The notes under the pieces: model-generated
Databases searched by the model: none
Seen by the model: only the letters and a program-made list of their open reading frames with translations
Told to the model about the DNA's origin: nothing
NCBI GenBank assembly: GCA_965247685.1
Contig: OZ252021.1
Span: 960,001 to 992,000 of the forward strand
DNA: 32,000 nucleotides
Source of the DNA: Bdellovibrionales bacterium
Lineage (GTDB): Bacteria; Bdellovibrionota; Bdellovibrionia; Bdellovibrionales; UBA1609
Direction: 5' to 3'
Position numbers and translations under genes: made by a program
Shown here: one piece after another, positions 17,807 through 26,359 of the stretch
Numbering within the stretch: the first letter of the stretch is position 1
How the letters are laid out: each line of letters opens with the position of its first letter

Positions 17807-19123
17807 ATGTCGTCATATAACATATCTTCATCATCCAGTAAAAACGAAGTCTGTCTTATTCAAGGTTATCGCACGCCATTTGCGAAAGCAGGAACCGTAC
17901 TTAAAGATGAACACCCTGTTCAATTAGGTCAACAAGTTTTCAGGGAACTGATATGTCGTTCTTCTATTACTCCCTGTGAAATTCAAGAAATGATTGTCGG
18001 CAATGCAGGCAACCTGCCAGATGCAGCCAATATCTCTAGAGTCATTGCTTTGAGAGCAGGTCTTTTAGAATCTATTTCTGCTTATACAGTGCATAGAAAC
18101 TGTGCCTCAGGTTTAGAGGCGGTGACGAGTGCGGCTAATAGAATTCAACTCGGAATAGTGGATACGGTGCTTGCTGGAGGAGTGGAAAGTATGTCGAGTT
18201 ATCCCTTGCTCTTTTCTAAAGGGTTTGTTTCCGTGTTGGATTTATTTATGAGAGCTCGAAACGTGACTCAAAAATTAAAGGCTCTTTCAAAAATGCGTAT
18301 GAGCTATTTGAAACCTCGTTTTTCTATTTTAGAAGGTTTAACCGATCCTTTTGTGGGTTTAAGTATGGGGCAGACTGCGGAGGTTTTATCCAAAGAGTTT
18401 GGTATTTCAAGAAAAGAGCAGGATGAGTTTGCTTTAGAAAGCCATCGTAAAGCTGTCCATTCTCAAAAAAATGGGCGGCTCAATGAAGAGATTGTTCCTT
18501 TTGTAACTTCTGATCAGTTTGTTGAAGAAGATGTCGGACCTCGATCGAATCAGACATTAGAGAAACTTTCTCAACTAAAACCTTATTTTGATCGCAAGTA
18601 TGGAAGTGTCACTGTAGGCAATGCCTGCCCGATCACTGATGGGGCTGTGGCTTTGTTGATGATGAGTGCTCAAAAAGCAAAAGAGCTTCAGTATGAGCCT
18701 CGAATTTTTGTGAGATCTTATGCCTATGCAGGGTGTTCTCCTTCTCGTATGGGGCTGGGACCTGTATTCTCAACAGCTATTGCTCTTAGAAGAGCTGGTC
18801 TTAAACTGAAAGATATGGATATTATTGAAATTAATGAAGCATTTGCAGCTCAAGTGCTCGCTTGTGCCCAAGCTTTTTCAAGCCGAAAGTTCGCACAAGA
18901 ATTTTTATCCTCCGATCAGGCCTTAGGAGATTTGGATTTTTCTAAACTCAATGTGAATGGAGGAGCCATTGCCCTTGGTCATCCTGTAGGGGCGACAGGT
19001 GCGAGGCTTGTTCTGACTGCCATGCGAGAAATGGAAAAAAGAAATTCGCGTTATGGGTTAGTGACCTTATGTATTGGTGGAGGTCAAGGGGGTGCTCTTA
19101 TTTTGGAAAGGAGAGTAACTTGA
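17807..19123 (+). CDS. fadI: 3-ketoacyl-CoA thiolase (FadI-type)
   Basis: Active-site RNCASGLEAV, NEAFAAQV, NVNGGAIALGHPVGATGARL and CIGGGQGGA. The ~438 aa length and the thiolase-before-hydratase order match fadIJ rather than fadBA. Confidence 0.88.
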   Translation: MSSYNISSSSSKNEVCLIQGYRTPFAKAGTVLKDEHPVQLGQQVFRELICRSSITPCEIQEMIVGNAGNLPDAANISRVIALRAGLLESISAYTVHRNCASGLEAVTSAANRIQLGIVDTVLAGGVESMSSYPLLFSKGFVSVLDLFMRARNVTQKLKALSKMRMSYLKPRFSILEGLTDPFVGLSMGQTAEVLSKEFGISRKEQDEFALESHRKAVHSQKNGRLNEEIVPFVTSDQFVEEDVGPRSNQTLEKLSQLKPYFDRKYGSVTVGNACPITDGAVALLMMSAQKAKELQYEPRIFVRSYAYAGCSPSRMGLGPVFSTAIALRRAGLKLKDMDIIEINEAFAAQVLACAQAFSSRKFAQEFLSSDQALGDLDFSKLNVNGGAIALGHPVGATGARLVLTAMREMEKRNSRYGLVTLCIGGGQGGALILERRVT

Positions 19124-21225
19124 AACATATTCAAGTGGACATTCAAGAAAATATTGCATGGATCAAGTGGTTTCACCCTGACTCCAAGGTGAATGTTTTA
19201 TCTGATTTGGCTTTATCTGAATTTTCACAAGCTATCGATGGACTGCCTTCATCCATTCAGGTTGCAATTGTTATTTCCAAAAAACCCTCTATCTTTATAG
19301 CGGGGGCAGATATTAAAGAGATTCAATCTTTAAAAACTAAAGAAGCATTTGCTGAAAAAATTCAAAGAGCTTATGATATTTTTGACAAGATGGAAAAAAG
19401 TTCTATCTCTTTTATAGCAGCAATCCATGGAGCCTGCTTAGGAGGAGGGTTAGAGCTGGCTTTGGCTTGCGACTATCGTTTAGCGACCAATGATTCGAGT
19501 ACAAAAATAGGGTTTCCAGAAGTGAAATTAGGCTTAATTCCTGGCTTTGGAGGAACAGTCCGCCTTCCCCGTTTGGTAGGTTTCTTAAAATCCATGAATT
19601 TGATTGTGCAAGGGAGCTCTCTATCTGCGAGTCGAGCTCATCGGATAGGGATTGTGGATCGGGTGGAAAATATTCCCTCACATTTAGAAGAATCAGCTTT
19701 ACTTTTAGCCCAGCAAATTATGGAAGGTCAAAAGAAATCAAAGACACTTAAATCAGCTCGTCAAAACTTAGAATCGATTTTTAAGTATCCTGTCTCTTTA
19801 TTTTTTAAGAGACAAGTTTTAAAAAGTACAAAAGGTTTTTACCCAGCACCTCTACGTGCTATTTCTCATTTGAATAAAACTTATTTATGGTCGATGTCTC
19901 GAGCTTTAAACGAAGAGAAAAAGGTATTTTGTGACTTAGCAGTGACTGATGAGAGTCGTCATCTTGTTCGCTTATTCTTTTTGATGGAAGAAGTTAAAAA
20001 AAGAGTGCCTCAAAGTGGTTCAAAAGTAAAACCGATTCATTCTGTAGGAGTTCTTGGTGCAGGAGTGATGGGAAGTGGTATTGCTTATACGACCGCAGAT
20101 AATGGATTTCATGTTCGTCTGCAAGATGTTCAAAAAGAATCTATTGTTCGAGCTTATGCCTCTATGAAACGTCTATGGGAAAAACAGAAAAAAAGAAAAA
20201 GAATAAGTTCTTTTGAAAGTCAACTCAGGCAATCACGAGTGAGTTATTCTTTGAATCAGGAAGGTTTCTCCAAGATGGATTTAGTGATTGAAGCAGTTGT
20301 AGAAAATATAGAGGTTAAAAAACAAGTGATTGAAGCTTATTCCAAAGTTTTAAAAGACTCCGCTGTTTTTGCAAGCAATACATCTTCTTTGAGTGTGAAT
20401 CGAATGGCTTCATTTTTTAAAAACCCTTCACTTTTTGTAGGGCTTCATTTTTTTAATCCCGTGTACCGTATGCCTTTGGTGGAAGTGATTCAAGGAGATC
20501 AGACAAGTGATGAAACTATATCTCGAATGTTTCATTTTGCAAAAAAGTTAGGAAAGACTCCTGTACTCGTTAAAGATCGACCAGGATTTTTAGTGAACCG
20601 CCTATTGATACCTTGGCTTTCTGAAGCTCTGTGGCTTTTGGCTTCAGGTTTAAAGGTTCGAGTTCTAGATCGAATTTTTTTAAAATTTGGCTGGCCGATG
20701 GGCCCTTTTCGTCTCATGGATGAAGTGGGGCTTGATGTTTGTGTAAATGTGATTCAAAGTTTTCAGTCTCAAGGTTTAAAAATGGAAACTCCTTCTTTTG
20801 TGGATCAACTTGTAAAAAAGGGAAGTCTTGGTAAAAAAGATTTTAAAGGTTTTTATCACTACACAGATCAAGGGCAGCCACGATCTGTGAATTCGGATTT
20901 AGAGCAACTCTGTTTATCTTTCCAAGCAGCTTCACCTGTGCCGCAAGAAGAGATTTTACAAAAAGGGCTTTATCGAATGATTAATGAAGCGGCGATGGTG
21001 CTTGAGGAAGAGGTGGTGTGTGAGCCTTTTGAAGTGGATGTGGCCATGATTTTAGGGGCGGGTTTTCCTCCGTTTCGTGGAGGTCTTTTAAGATATGCGG
21101 ATTCTGTTGGATTGAAAAATATTTTAAAAAGTTTAGAAATGTGGACAGAAAAAGGGGAGAGTCGGTTTCAGCCGTCCTCTTTATTGAAACAAAAATTATT
21201 ACATAGACAATCTTTTTATTCTTAA
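19120..21225 (+). CDS. fadJ: Fatty-acid oxidation complex alpha subunit (enoyl-CoA hydratase / 3-hydroxyacyl-CoA dehydrogenase)
   Basis: Crotonase motifs FIAGADIKE, GACLGGGLELALACDYR and EVKLGLIPGFGGT. Rossmann motif VGVLGAGVMGSGIA, plus NTSSLS and HFFNPV. The likely start is the TTG at 19120 (L18 of the track ORF), preceded by GGAAAGGAGAG and overlapping the fadI TGA as TTGA. The track start at 19069 lies inside fadI. Confidence 0.9.
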   Translation: MKHIQVDIQENIAWIKWFHPDSKVNVLSDLALSEFSQAIDGLPSSIQVAIVISKKPSIFIAGADIKEIQSLKTKEAFAEKIQRAYDIFDKMEKSSISFIAAIHGACLGGGLELALACDYRLATNDSSTKIGFPEVKLGLIPGFGGTVRLPRLVGFLKSMNLIVQGSSLSASRAHRIGIVDRVENIPSHLEESALLLAQQIMEGQKKSKTLKSARQNLESIFKYPVSLFFKRQVLKSTKGFYPAPLRAISHLNKTYLWSMSRALNEEKKVFCDLAVTDESRHLVRLFFLMEEVKKRVPQSGSKVKPIHSVGVLGAGVMGSGIAYTTADNGFHVRLQDVQKESIVRAYASMKRLWEKQKKRKRISSFESQLRQSRVSYSLNQEGFSKMDLVIEAVVENIEVKKQVIEAYSKVLKDSAVFASNTSSLSVNRMASFFKNPSLFVGLHFFNPVYRMPLVEVIQGDQTSDETISRMFHFAKKLGKTPVLVKDRPGFLVNRLLIPWLSEALWLLASGLKVRVLDRIFLKFGWPMGPFRLMDEVGLDVCVNVIQSFQSQGLKMETPSFVDQLVKKGSLGKKDFKGFYHYTDQGQPRSVNSDLEQLCLSFQAASPVPQEEILQKGLYRMINEAAMVLEEEVVCEPFEVDVAMILGAGFPPFRGGLLRYADSVGLKNILKSLEMWTEKGESRFQPSSLLKQKLLHRQSFYS

Positions 21226-21259
21226 TTAAGATTTCTTTTTTCTTAAGAATTAACTCGGA

Positions 21260-21907
21260 GTGTTTTTTTTGGATTTTTTATATCAGTTTTTTATTTTTTA
21301 CATTCCACTTCTATTTGCACTTTCCTTTCATGAATACTCTCATGCGTTTGTGTCTAAAAAGAAAGGGGATGTGACGGCCGAAATGCAGGGTCGTCTCACT
21401 TTGAACCCTATTGCACATATGGATCTATTAGGCACTGTGATTTTGCCTTTAGTAGCTATTGCGACTCACTTGCCCGTTTTTGGCTGGGCTAAGCCTGTTC
21501 CAGTGCGTGAATCGGTGTTAAAGCATCCCAAACAAGATATGTTTTGGATCGCTTTAGCTGGACCTTTATCCAATGTTTTACTAGCCGTGATTGGAAGCTT
21601 TATCACAATGCTTTTGTATTTACTTTCCTTTCATGATGAAATTGTTTTAAAATGGTGTCAGATATTTATTTATATTAATTTGCTTTTGGCTTTTTTTAAT
21701 TTACTGCCGCTACACCCTTTGGATGGAGGAAAAATTATCGCTCGATTTCTACCTTTTCGATGGAATGAGTGGCTGGAAAGAACTCAAATGTATTCCAGTT
21801 GGATTCTTATAGCTCTTTTCGTGATGGGTGGTTTTCAATTGATTTCAGGTCCTGCTTTTTTGCTCACACATGTGCTCGTGAATTGGCCTCAGTGGGTCTT
21901 TGGTTAG
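21260..21907 (+). CDS. Site-2 protease family (peptidase M50) membrane metalloprotease
   Basis: HEYSHA (HExxH) in the first hydrophobic segment and NLLPLHPLDGGKI (the LDG motif) in a later one. Polytopic, ~215 aa. The start is uncertain: GTG at 21260 or TTG at 21269. Confidence 0.8.
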   Translation: MFFLDFLYQFFIFYIPLLFALSFHEYSHAFVSKKKGDVTAEMQGRLTLNPIAHMDLLGTVILPLVAIATHLPVFGWAKPVPVRESVLKHPKQDMFWIALAGPLSNVLLAVIGSFITMLLYLLSFHDEIVLKWCQIFIYINLLLAFFNLLPLHPLDGGKIIARFLPFRWNEWLERTQMYSSWILIALFVMGGFQLISGPAFLLTHVLVNWPQWVFG

Positions 21908-21919
21908 AGAGGGAGGATT

Positions 21920-22684
21920 ATGCAATTTTCAGTAGGTACGTTCGAGGGACCGCTCGATTTCCTCTTAGCTCTTATTCGGCGGGAGGAAATGGATATTATG
22001 GATGTTGATCTTAATAAAATCACTCATCAATATCTGAATATAATGGAGTCCTCTAAAGAAAAATTAAACTTAGAAGAAGGTGGAGAATTTATTCACATGG
22101 CGTCCACTTTACTTTATCTCAAATCTAAATCTCTTCTTCCTCAAGTAGAAGAACCCGAAGAAGAATTAGAGATTTCTTCTACAGAATCTTTGATTAAGGC
22201 TTTAACTTATCGTTCTGAATATCTCAAAGCGGCGGAGCAGTTGAGTCAAAAAGAAGTTTTAAATCGTGATATATGGTCTTGTCCGGGTCGATTTGATTTC
22301 ATTGATTTTGCTGAAGAGGAAATTGAAACAGAAGGAGTTTTTTCTTTATTCAAAGCTTGTCAGAAGGTTCTTCGCAAAGCTTCGGCTTATTCGATGAAGA
22401 TTGTGTTTCCTTCTACAATGGAGTGGATGTATAAAATAAGAAGTTACTTTGTTCCGGGTCAAAAATTTTCATTTAAAAAACTTATTGGTTTTTCTGGGCA
22501 GCCTGTTATCCACCAAGTTTTACTTTCTTTTTTATCTTTGCTCGAATTAGGCAAATTGGGTGTTGTCTCTTTATCACAGACAGGATCAGATATCCGTATT
22601 TTCAGCTTGAAGAATGTAAATGAAGATACATTCCGTATATTCAATTCGAACTCAACGTCGTCTGAAAGGAGTCGATCTAAATGA
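21920..22684 (+). CDS. scpA: Segregation and condensation protein A (kleisin)
   Basis: N-terminal FEGPLDFLLALIRREEMDIMDVDLNKIT is typical of ScpA. GAGGGAGG RBS. 4-nt overlap with the following scpB. Confidence 0.85.
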   Translation: MQFSVGTFEGPLDFLLALIRREEMDIMDVDLNKITHQYLNIMESSKEKLNLEEGGEFIHMASTLLYLKSKSLLPQVEEPEEELEISSTESLIKALTYRSEYLKAAEQLSQKEVLNRDIWSCPGRFDFIDFAEEEIETEGVFSLFKACQKVLRKASAYSMKIVFPSTMEWMYKIRSYFVPGQKFSFKKLIGFSGQPVIHQVLLSFLSLLELGKLGVVSLSQTGSDIRIFSLKNVNEDTFRIFNSNSTSSERSRSK

Positions 22685-23298
22685 AGTGGTCTAAAGATGA
22701 TATACTTTCTGTTCTTGAAAGCTTGCTTTTATGCTCAGATAAGCCTCTTAAAATTTCCGATTTTTTATCTTGTATGGGAGAGAATTTAACGGCTAAAGAG
22801 ATCAAAGATCATTTAGAGGTTTTGTATAAAAAATATCAAAAGAAAGAAGGAGGTATTCAGCTTCGAAAAGTGGCAGGGGGTTTTCAGCTGGTGACTAAAG
22901 ATGAAAATAAAGAGTTTGTTCAGAGGTTGAAAAAGGCTCAGCCTTTCCGATTGTCTAAAGTTTCTTTAGAGGTTTTAGCTATTATTGCTTATCAGCAGCC
23001 TTGCACTCGTGCTGAAATTAGTCAGATTCGCCGAGTAGAGTCGGGTCATGTGGTTCGAACTTTACTTGAAAGAAATTTAATTGCATTTGCAGGTCAAAGT
23101 GATCAACCAGGTCGTCCAATGATGTATAAAACCACTAGAAAGTTTTTAGAAGTTTATGGCCTAGATAATCTGAAGAGTTTACCCTCCTTGGAGGAAATTA
23201 AAAATGAATTCAACCCTCAAGACGGTGAAGTGCGGTTTAATCTCGATTCAGTGTCCGACTCTATCGATATGAACTCACGCATCAAGATTTCTCCATAG
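22681..23298 (+). CDS. scpB: Segregation and condensation protein B
   Basis: Winged-helix ScpB motifs: LESLLLCSDKPL, GGFQLVTK, LSKVSLEVLAIIAYQQPCTRAEISQIRRV, and GRPMMYKTTRKFLEVYGL. Confidence 0.85.
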   Translation: MKWSKDDILSVLESLLLCSDKPLKISDFLSCMGENLTAKEIKDHLEVLYKKYQKKEGGIQLRKVAGGFQLVTKDENKEFVQRLKKAQPFRLSKVSLEVLAIIAYQQPCTRAEISQIRRVESGHVVRTLLERNLIAFAGQSDQPGRPMMYKTTRKFLEVYGLDNLKSLPSLEEIKNEFNPQDGEVRFNLDSVSDSIDMNSRIKISP

Positions 23299-23304
23299 AA
23301 TGTG

Positions 23305-24072
23305 TTAAGGTGTTTTGTGACACTGAGTTCCCCAAGTTGTTTCTTTGAGAGGATCATAGCAATTCTCCAGCACTCCTTCTTGATCGATCACCCACACATC
23401 TAGTTTGTTTTTATCCCATGTGTACGCACTTACGCTGTCCGAGCCAATTTCACCGATAGCATACGCATAGAACTTTTTATAAGTATCTCGATTCTCATCC
23501 TCGCATCTGTTCACATTACCGTTGATTTTATTAATATTTGTACCTGTCCATTTTATTTTTTGCCATATATCTTTATAGCCTTGTGAACACGTGCTGCAGT
23601 TTATTTCCTTTCCGAGTCTGTCTTGAAAAGCACATTCTATTTTTTTGAGAGAGCTCCTTTTAAATGTAGTTCCACATAATTCCCATGTGTTGTTGATATG
23701 TTTGTAACTGTGGGAGGGGTAGATGCACCAGTTTGGATTAGGATTACGGCTTGCACCAGGACAGGAAGGTGCATTGAAGGTTTTTTTCTGGCAGTAACTG
23801 AAATCATTAATATTTATTTCAAATCCCACATTGTAGCGAATTTTTCCCTTTGGAAACATAATGAGGTTTATCTGAGAAGTGTAAGTTCCATTTTGGAGCA
23901 ACCAACTTTGTTCTCCCCTATGCAACAGCCCAAGTTGAGTTTTAGCCTCCAATTTACGAGATTTAGCTCTCGTTGTGCCGTATTGCTTTACTGACAAAGT
24001 CCCTATTATACCCATAATAACGACAGCACTAGTAATCTCGACTACAGAAAAGCCTTTTTGATTTCTATACAT
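23305..24072 (-). CDS. Type IV prepilin-like protein, Cys-rich (pilin P1)
   Basis: Class III signal MYRNQKG|FSVVE (Gly-1, Phe+1, Glu+5) followed by a hydrophobic helix. 10 Cys in the globular part. C-terminal FYAYAIG...LDVWVID is shared with P3 and P4. RBS GGAGGAAAAGGA upstream. Confidence 0.8.
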   Translation of the reverse strand: MYRNQKGFSVVEITSAVVIMGIIGTLSVKQYGTTRAKSRKLEAKTQLGLLHRGEQSWLLQNGTYTSQINLIMFPKGKIRYNVGFEININDFSYCQKKTFNAPSCPGASRNPNPNWCIYPSHSYKHINNTWELCGTTFKRSSLKKIECAFQDRLGKEINCSTCSQGYKDIWQKIKWTGTNINKINGNVNRCEDENRDTYKKFYAYAIGEIGSDSVSAYTWDKNKLDVWVIDQEGVLENCYDPLKETTWGTQCHKTP

Positions 24073-24090
24073 AGTGAATATCCTTTTCCT

Positions 24091-24112
24091 CCTATTTTAA
24101 TATTAAAATAGG
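24091..24112. promoter_or_regulatory. Perfect 22-bp palindrome abutting the pilin P1 ribosome-binding site
   Basis: CCTATTTTAATATTAAAATAGG starts 19 nt upstream of the P1 start codon. On the P1 mRNA its 3' arm ...AAAATAGG runs into the AGGAGG Shine-Dalgarno. Confidence 0.5.
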
Positions 24113-24128
24113 AAAAAATCTTTGGAAG

Positions 24129-24145
24129 AAGTCTAAAATAGACTT
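24129..24145. promoter_or_regulatory. Second inverted repeat carrying the same TAAAATAG core
   Basis: AAGTCTA-AAA-TAGACTT (7-bp arms). It contains TAAAATAG exactly 30 bp from the copy in the 22-bp palindrome. Confidence 0.4.
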
Positions 24146-24375
24146 TTTTCTAAAAAGTGTTTTATTTTAATTCACATAATGGACTCTATCCTGAGATCGC
24201 TGGACAGTCTGTCATATAAGGAGCTTTGCTTTTTATATGAGGGTGAATAAAAACCTCTAAAGCATTGAAATTACTTTGCTTAATATGACTTCCTCACTGG
24301 AAGGTTAAGGAAAACTTATTATTTTTTATCACTGAGCTTGACGCATATAAAAAAAAACACACTTTTTCCTTGAGA

Positions 24376-24410
24376 AGCCTGCTAGAATCAGTAGGCTGTC
24401 TTTGTTTTAT
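24376..24410 (+). terminator. Terminator-like stem-loop in the dnaK leader
   Basis: AGCCTGCT-AGAATC-AGTAGGCT forms an 8-bp stem with one G-T pair and is relatively GC-rich for this region. It is followed by GTCTTTGTTTTAT and ends about 35 nt upstream of the dnaK ATG. Confidence 0.35.
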
Positions 24411-24445
24411 AGATCATGGGATTAATTTTCAGGAGATGATGAAAG

Positions 24446-26359
24446 ATGGCTGGGATAATCGGAATAGACTTAGGAACAACCAACTCTGTGGTGTCTATCA
24501 TTGAAGGTGGAGTGCCTACAGTGATTGCCAATGCTGAAGGAGCTCGAACAACTCCCTCCGTTGTGGCCTACACGAGTAAGAAAGAAAGACTCGTTGGGCA
24601 GGTGGCTAAAAGGCAAGCCATAACTAATCCTGAAAATACACTTTTTTCATCAAAGAGATTTATTGGAAAAAGATTTGAAGAAGTTTCTGATGAAATCAAA
24701 AGAGTTCCTTTTAAAGTCGTACCTTCTTCTGATGGTTTTTGTTTATTTGAAGTGCATGGAAAAAAAATCTCACCTCAAGAAGTGGGCTCTGTGATTTTAT
24801 CTAAACTTAAAAAAGATGCGGAGACTTATTTAGGACATGAAGTTAAAGAAGCCGTTATTACCGTTCCCGCTTATTTCAACGATGCTCAAAGACAAGCCAC
24901 CAAAGATGCAGGAAAGGTTGCTGGATTTAATGTGAAAAGAATTATCAATGAACCTACAGCAGCAGCATTGGCTTATGGTCTCAATAAAAAAGAAGATAAA
25001 ACTATTGCTGTTTATGATTTTGGTGGAGGAACTTTCGATGTTTCTGTCCTAGAGGTGAGTGATAGTGTGGTGGAAGTGAAGTCTACAAAAGGAGATACGC
25101 ACTTAGGAGGAGACGATATAGATAATAGAATTGTCGATTGGATCATTGAGGAGTTTAAAAAAGATCAAGGAATGGATTTGTTGTCCAAAGATAAGATGGC
25201 TATTCAACGTATTCGAGAGGCCGCTGAGAAAGCAAAAATGGAGCTCAGTACTACTCAAGAAACAAGTATTGATATTCCTTTTGTAACTGCAGATGCTTCT
25301 GGACCAAAACACCTCAGTATGAATTTGAAACGTTCGGATCTAAATAGGCTCATTGAGCCTTTAGTGGATCGAACAATTCAAATTTGTAAAGAGACTATTG
25401 ATGAAATTAATTTGGATCCGTCTAAAGTGGATGAAGTTCTTTTAGTGGGAGGCTCCACTCGTGTAGCTTTAGTTCAAGAAAAAGTGAAAGAATTGTTTGG
25501 AAAAGAGCCAAACCGTTCTGTGAATCCAGATGAAGTTGTATCTTCAGGTGCTGCCGTACAAGCAGGTATTCTTTCTAATGATGTGAAGGATGTCTTGCTT
25601 CTTGATGTCACTTCACTCTCTTTAGGAATTGAAACACTAGGTGGAGTTATGACAAAACTAATTGATAAGAACACCACAATACCTACTAAAAAATCACAAG
25701 TTTTCTCTACGGCTGAGGATAATCAAAGTATGGTTTCTATTCAGGTTTTACAAGGTGAAAGAGAAATGACAACGGATAATCAAAAGCTTGGCCGTTTTGA
25801 ATTGGTGGGCATTCCACCCGCTCCAAGAGGAGTACCTCAAGTTGAGGTGACTTTCGACATTGATGTTGATGGGATTATCCATGTTAAAGCAAAAGAATTG
25901 GGAACGAAAAAAGAACAATCGATAAGAATTGATCGACCTGGAATGAGCAAAGAGGAAGTGGAAAGGCTGGTTCGAGAAGCGGAACAATATGCCGGCAAAG
26001 ATAAAGAGAAAAAAGAACGTATTGAGTCTGTAAATAAGCTGGATCATTTAGTCTATCAAGTTGAAAAGTTCCATAAAGAAAATAAAGATAAAATAGACGA
26101 TAAAGATTGGAAGTCTGTAGCTGATCTGATTGAAAAATCTAAAGCATCTATTAAAAGTGAGACAGACGCTTCAGAATTGGATGCTTTACACAAAGATCTA
26201 AATGCTCTTTATGGAAAGATGGGCGAATCTATTTATCAAAAACACAAAACAGATGAAGATAAAGGAGCACCAAAATCAGAAAAAGAAGATTCTTCTACGG
26301 ATAAAGAAAAAACAAAAGACGGGGATTATGTGGATGCCGAATTTAAAGATGTGGAATAA
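24446..26359 (+). CDS. dnaK: Molecular chaperone DnaK (Hsp70)
   Basis: [20 protein letters not shown], the interdomain linker [19 protein letters not shown], and the C-terminal [18 protein letters not shown] upstream. No grpE or dnaJ on either side. Confidence 0.97.
   Translation: MAGIIGIDLGTTNSVVSIIEGGVPTVIANAEGARTTPSVVAYTSKKERLVGQVAKRQAITNPENTLFSSKRFIGKRFEEVSDEIKRVPFKVVPSSDGFCLFEVHGKKISPQEVGSVILSKLKKDAETYLGHEVKEAVITVPAYFNDAQRQATKDAGKVAGFNVKRIINEPTAAALAYGLNKKEDKTIAVYDFGGGTFDVSVLEVSDSVVEVKSTKGDTHLGGDDIDNRIVDWIIEEFKKDQGMDLLSKDKMAIQRIREAAEKAKMELSTTQETSIDIPFVTADASGPKHLSMNLKRSDLNRLIEPLVDRTIQICKETIDEINLDPSKVDEVLLVGGSTRVALVQEKVKELFGKEPNRSVNPDEVVSSGAAVQAGILSNDVKDVLLLDVTSLSLGIETLGGVMTKLIDKNTTIPTKKSQVFSTAEDNQSMVSIQVLQGEREMTTDNQKLGRFELVGIPPAPRGVPQVEVTFDIDVDGIIHVKAKELGTKKEQSIRIDRPGMSKEEVERLVREAEQYAGKDKEKKERIESVNKLDHLVYQVEKFHKENKDKIDDKDWKSVADLIEKSKASIKSETDASELDALHKDLNALYGKMGESIYQKHKTDEDKGAPKSEKEDSSTDKEKTKDGDYVDAEFKDVE

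Noticed and set aside
19069-19119. Upstream extension of the fadJ ORF into fadI. I also noted extensions of glmU (11509..11541), maeB (17736..17798) and the TPR-like gene (6957..7001).
   Set aside because: The internal starts have better RBS context and match the conserved family N-termini. The extensions overlap neighbouring genes or add non-conserved residues.
21213-21255. AT-rich palindromes after fadJ (CTTAATTAAG, TTCTTAAGAA, and ATTCTTAA...TTAAGAAT) as a terminator.
   Set aside because: The stems are short and entirely AT-rich with a long loop, and the M50 protease gene follows within 35 nt. They are too weak to call.
24220-24231. GGAGCTTTGCTT as a possible sigma54 -24/-12 element upstream of dnaK.
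   Set aside because: The GG-to-GC spacing is about 4 nt shorter than the invariant spacing in TGGCAC-N5-TTGCW.
24179-24250. A 23-aa small ORF (MDSILRSLDSLSYKELCFLYEGE) in the P1-dnaK intergenic region.
   Set aside because: There is no Shine-Dalgarno upstream and no recognisable peptide family. An ORF of this length is expected by chance. It would be worth revisiting only if ribosome profiling shows occupancy.
26202-26348. The 49-codon N-terminal extension of the pilin P2 ORF ([11 protein letters not shown]...).
   Set aside because: It is an alternative frame of the Lys/Glu-rich dnaK tail. A prepilin leader must be short and end at Gly-1, which fits the ATG at 26349.
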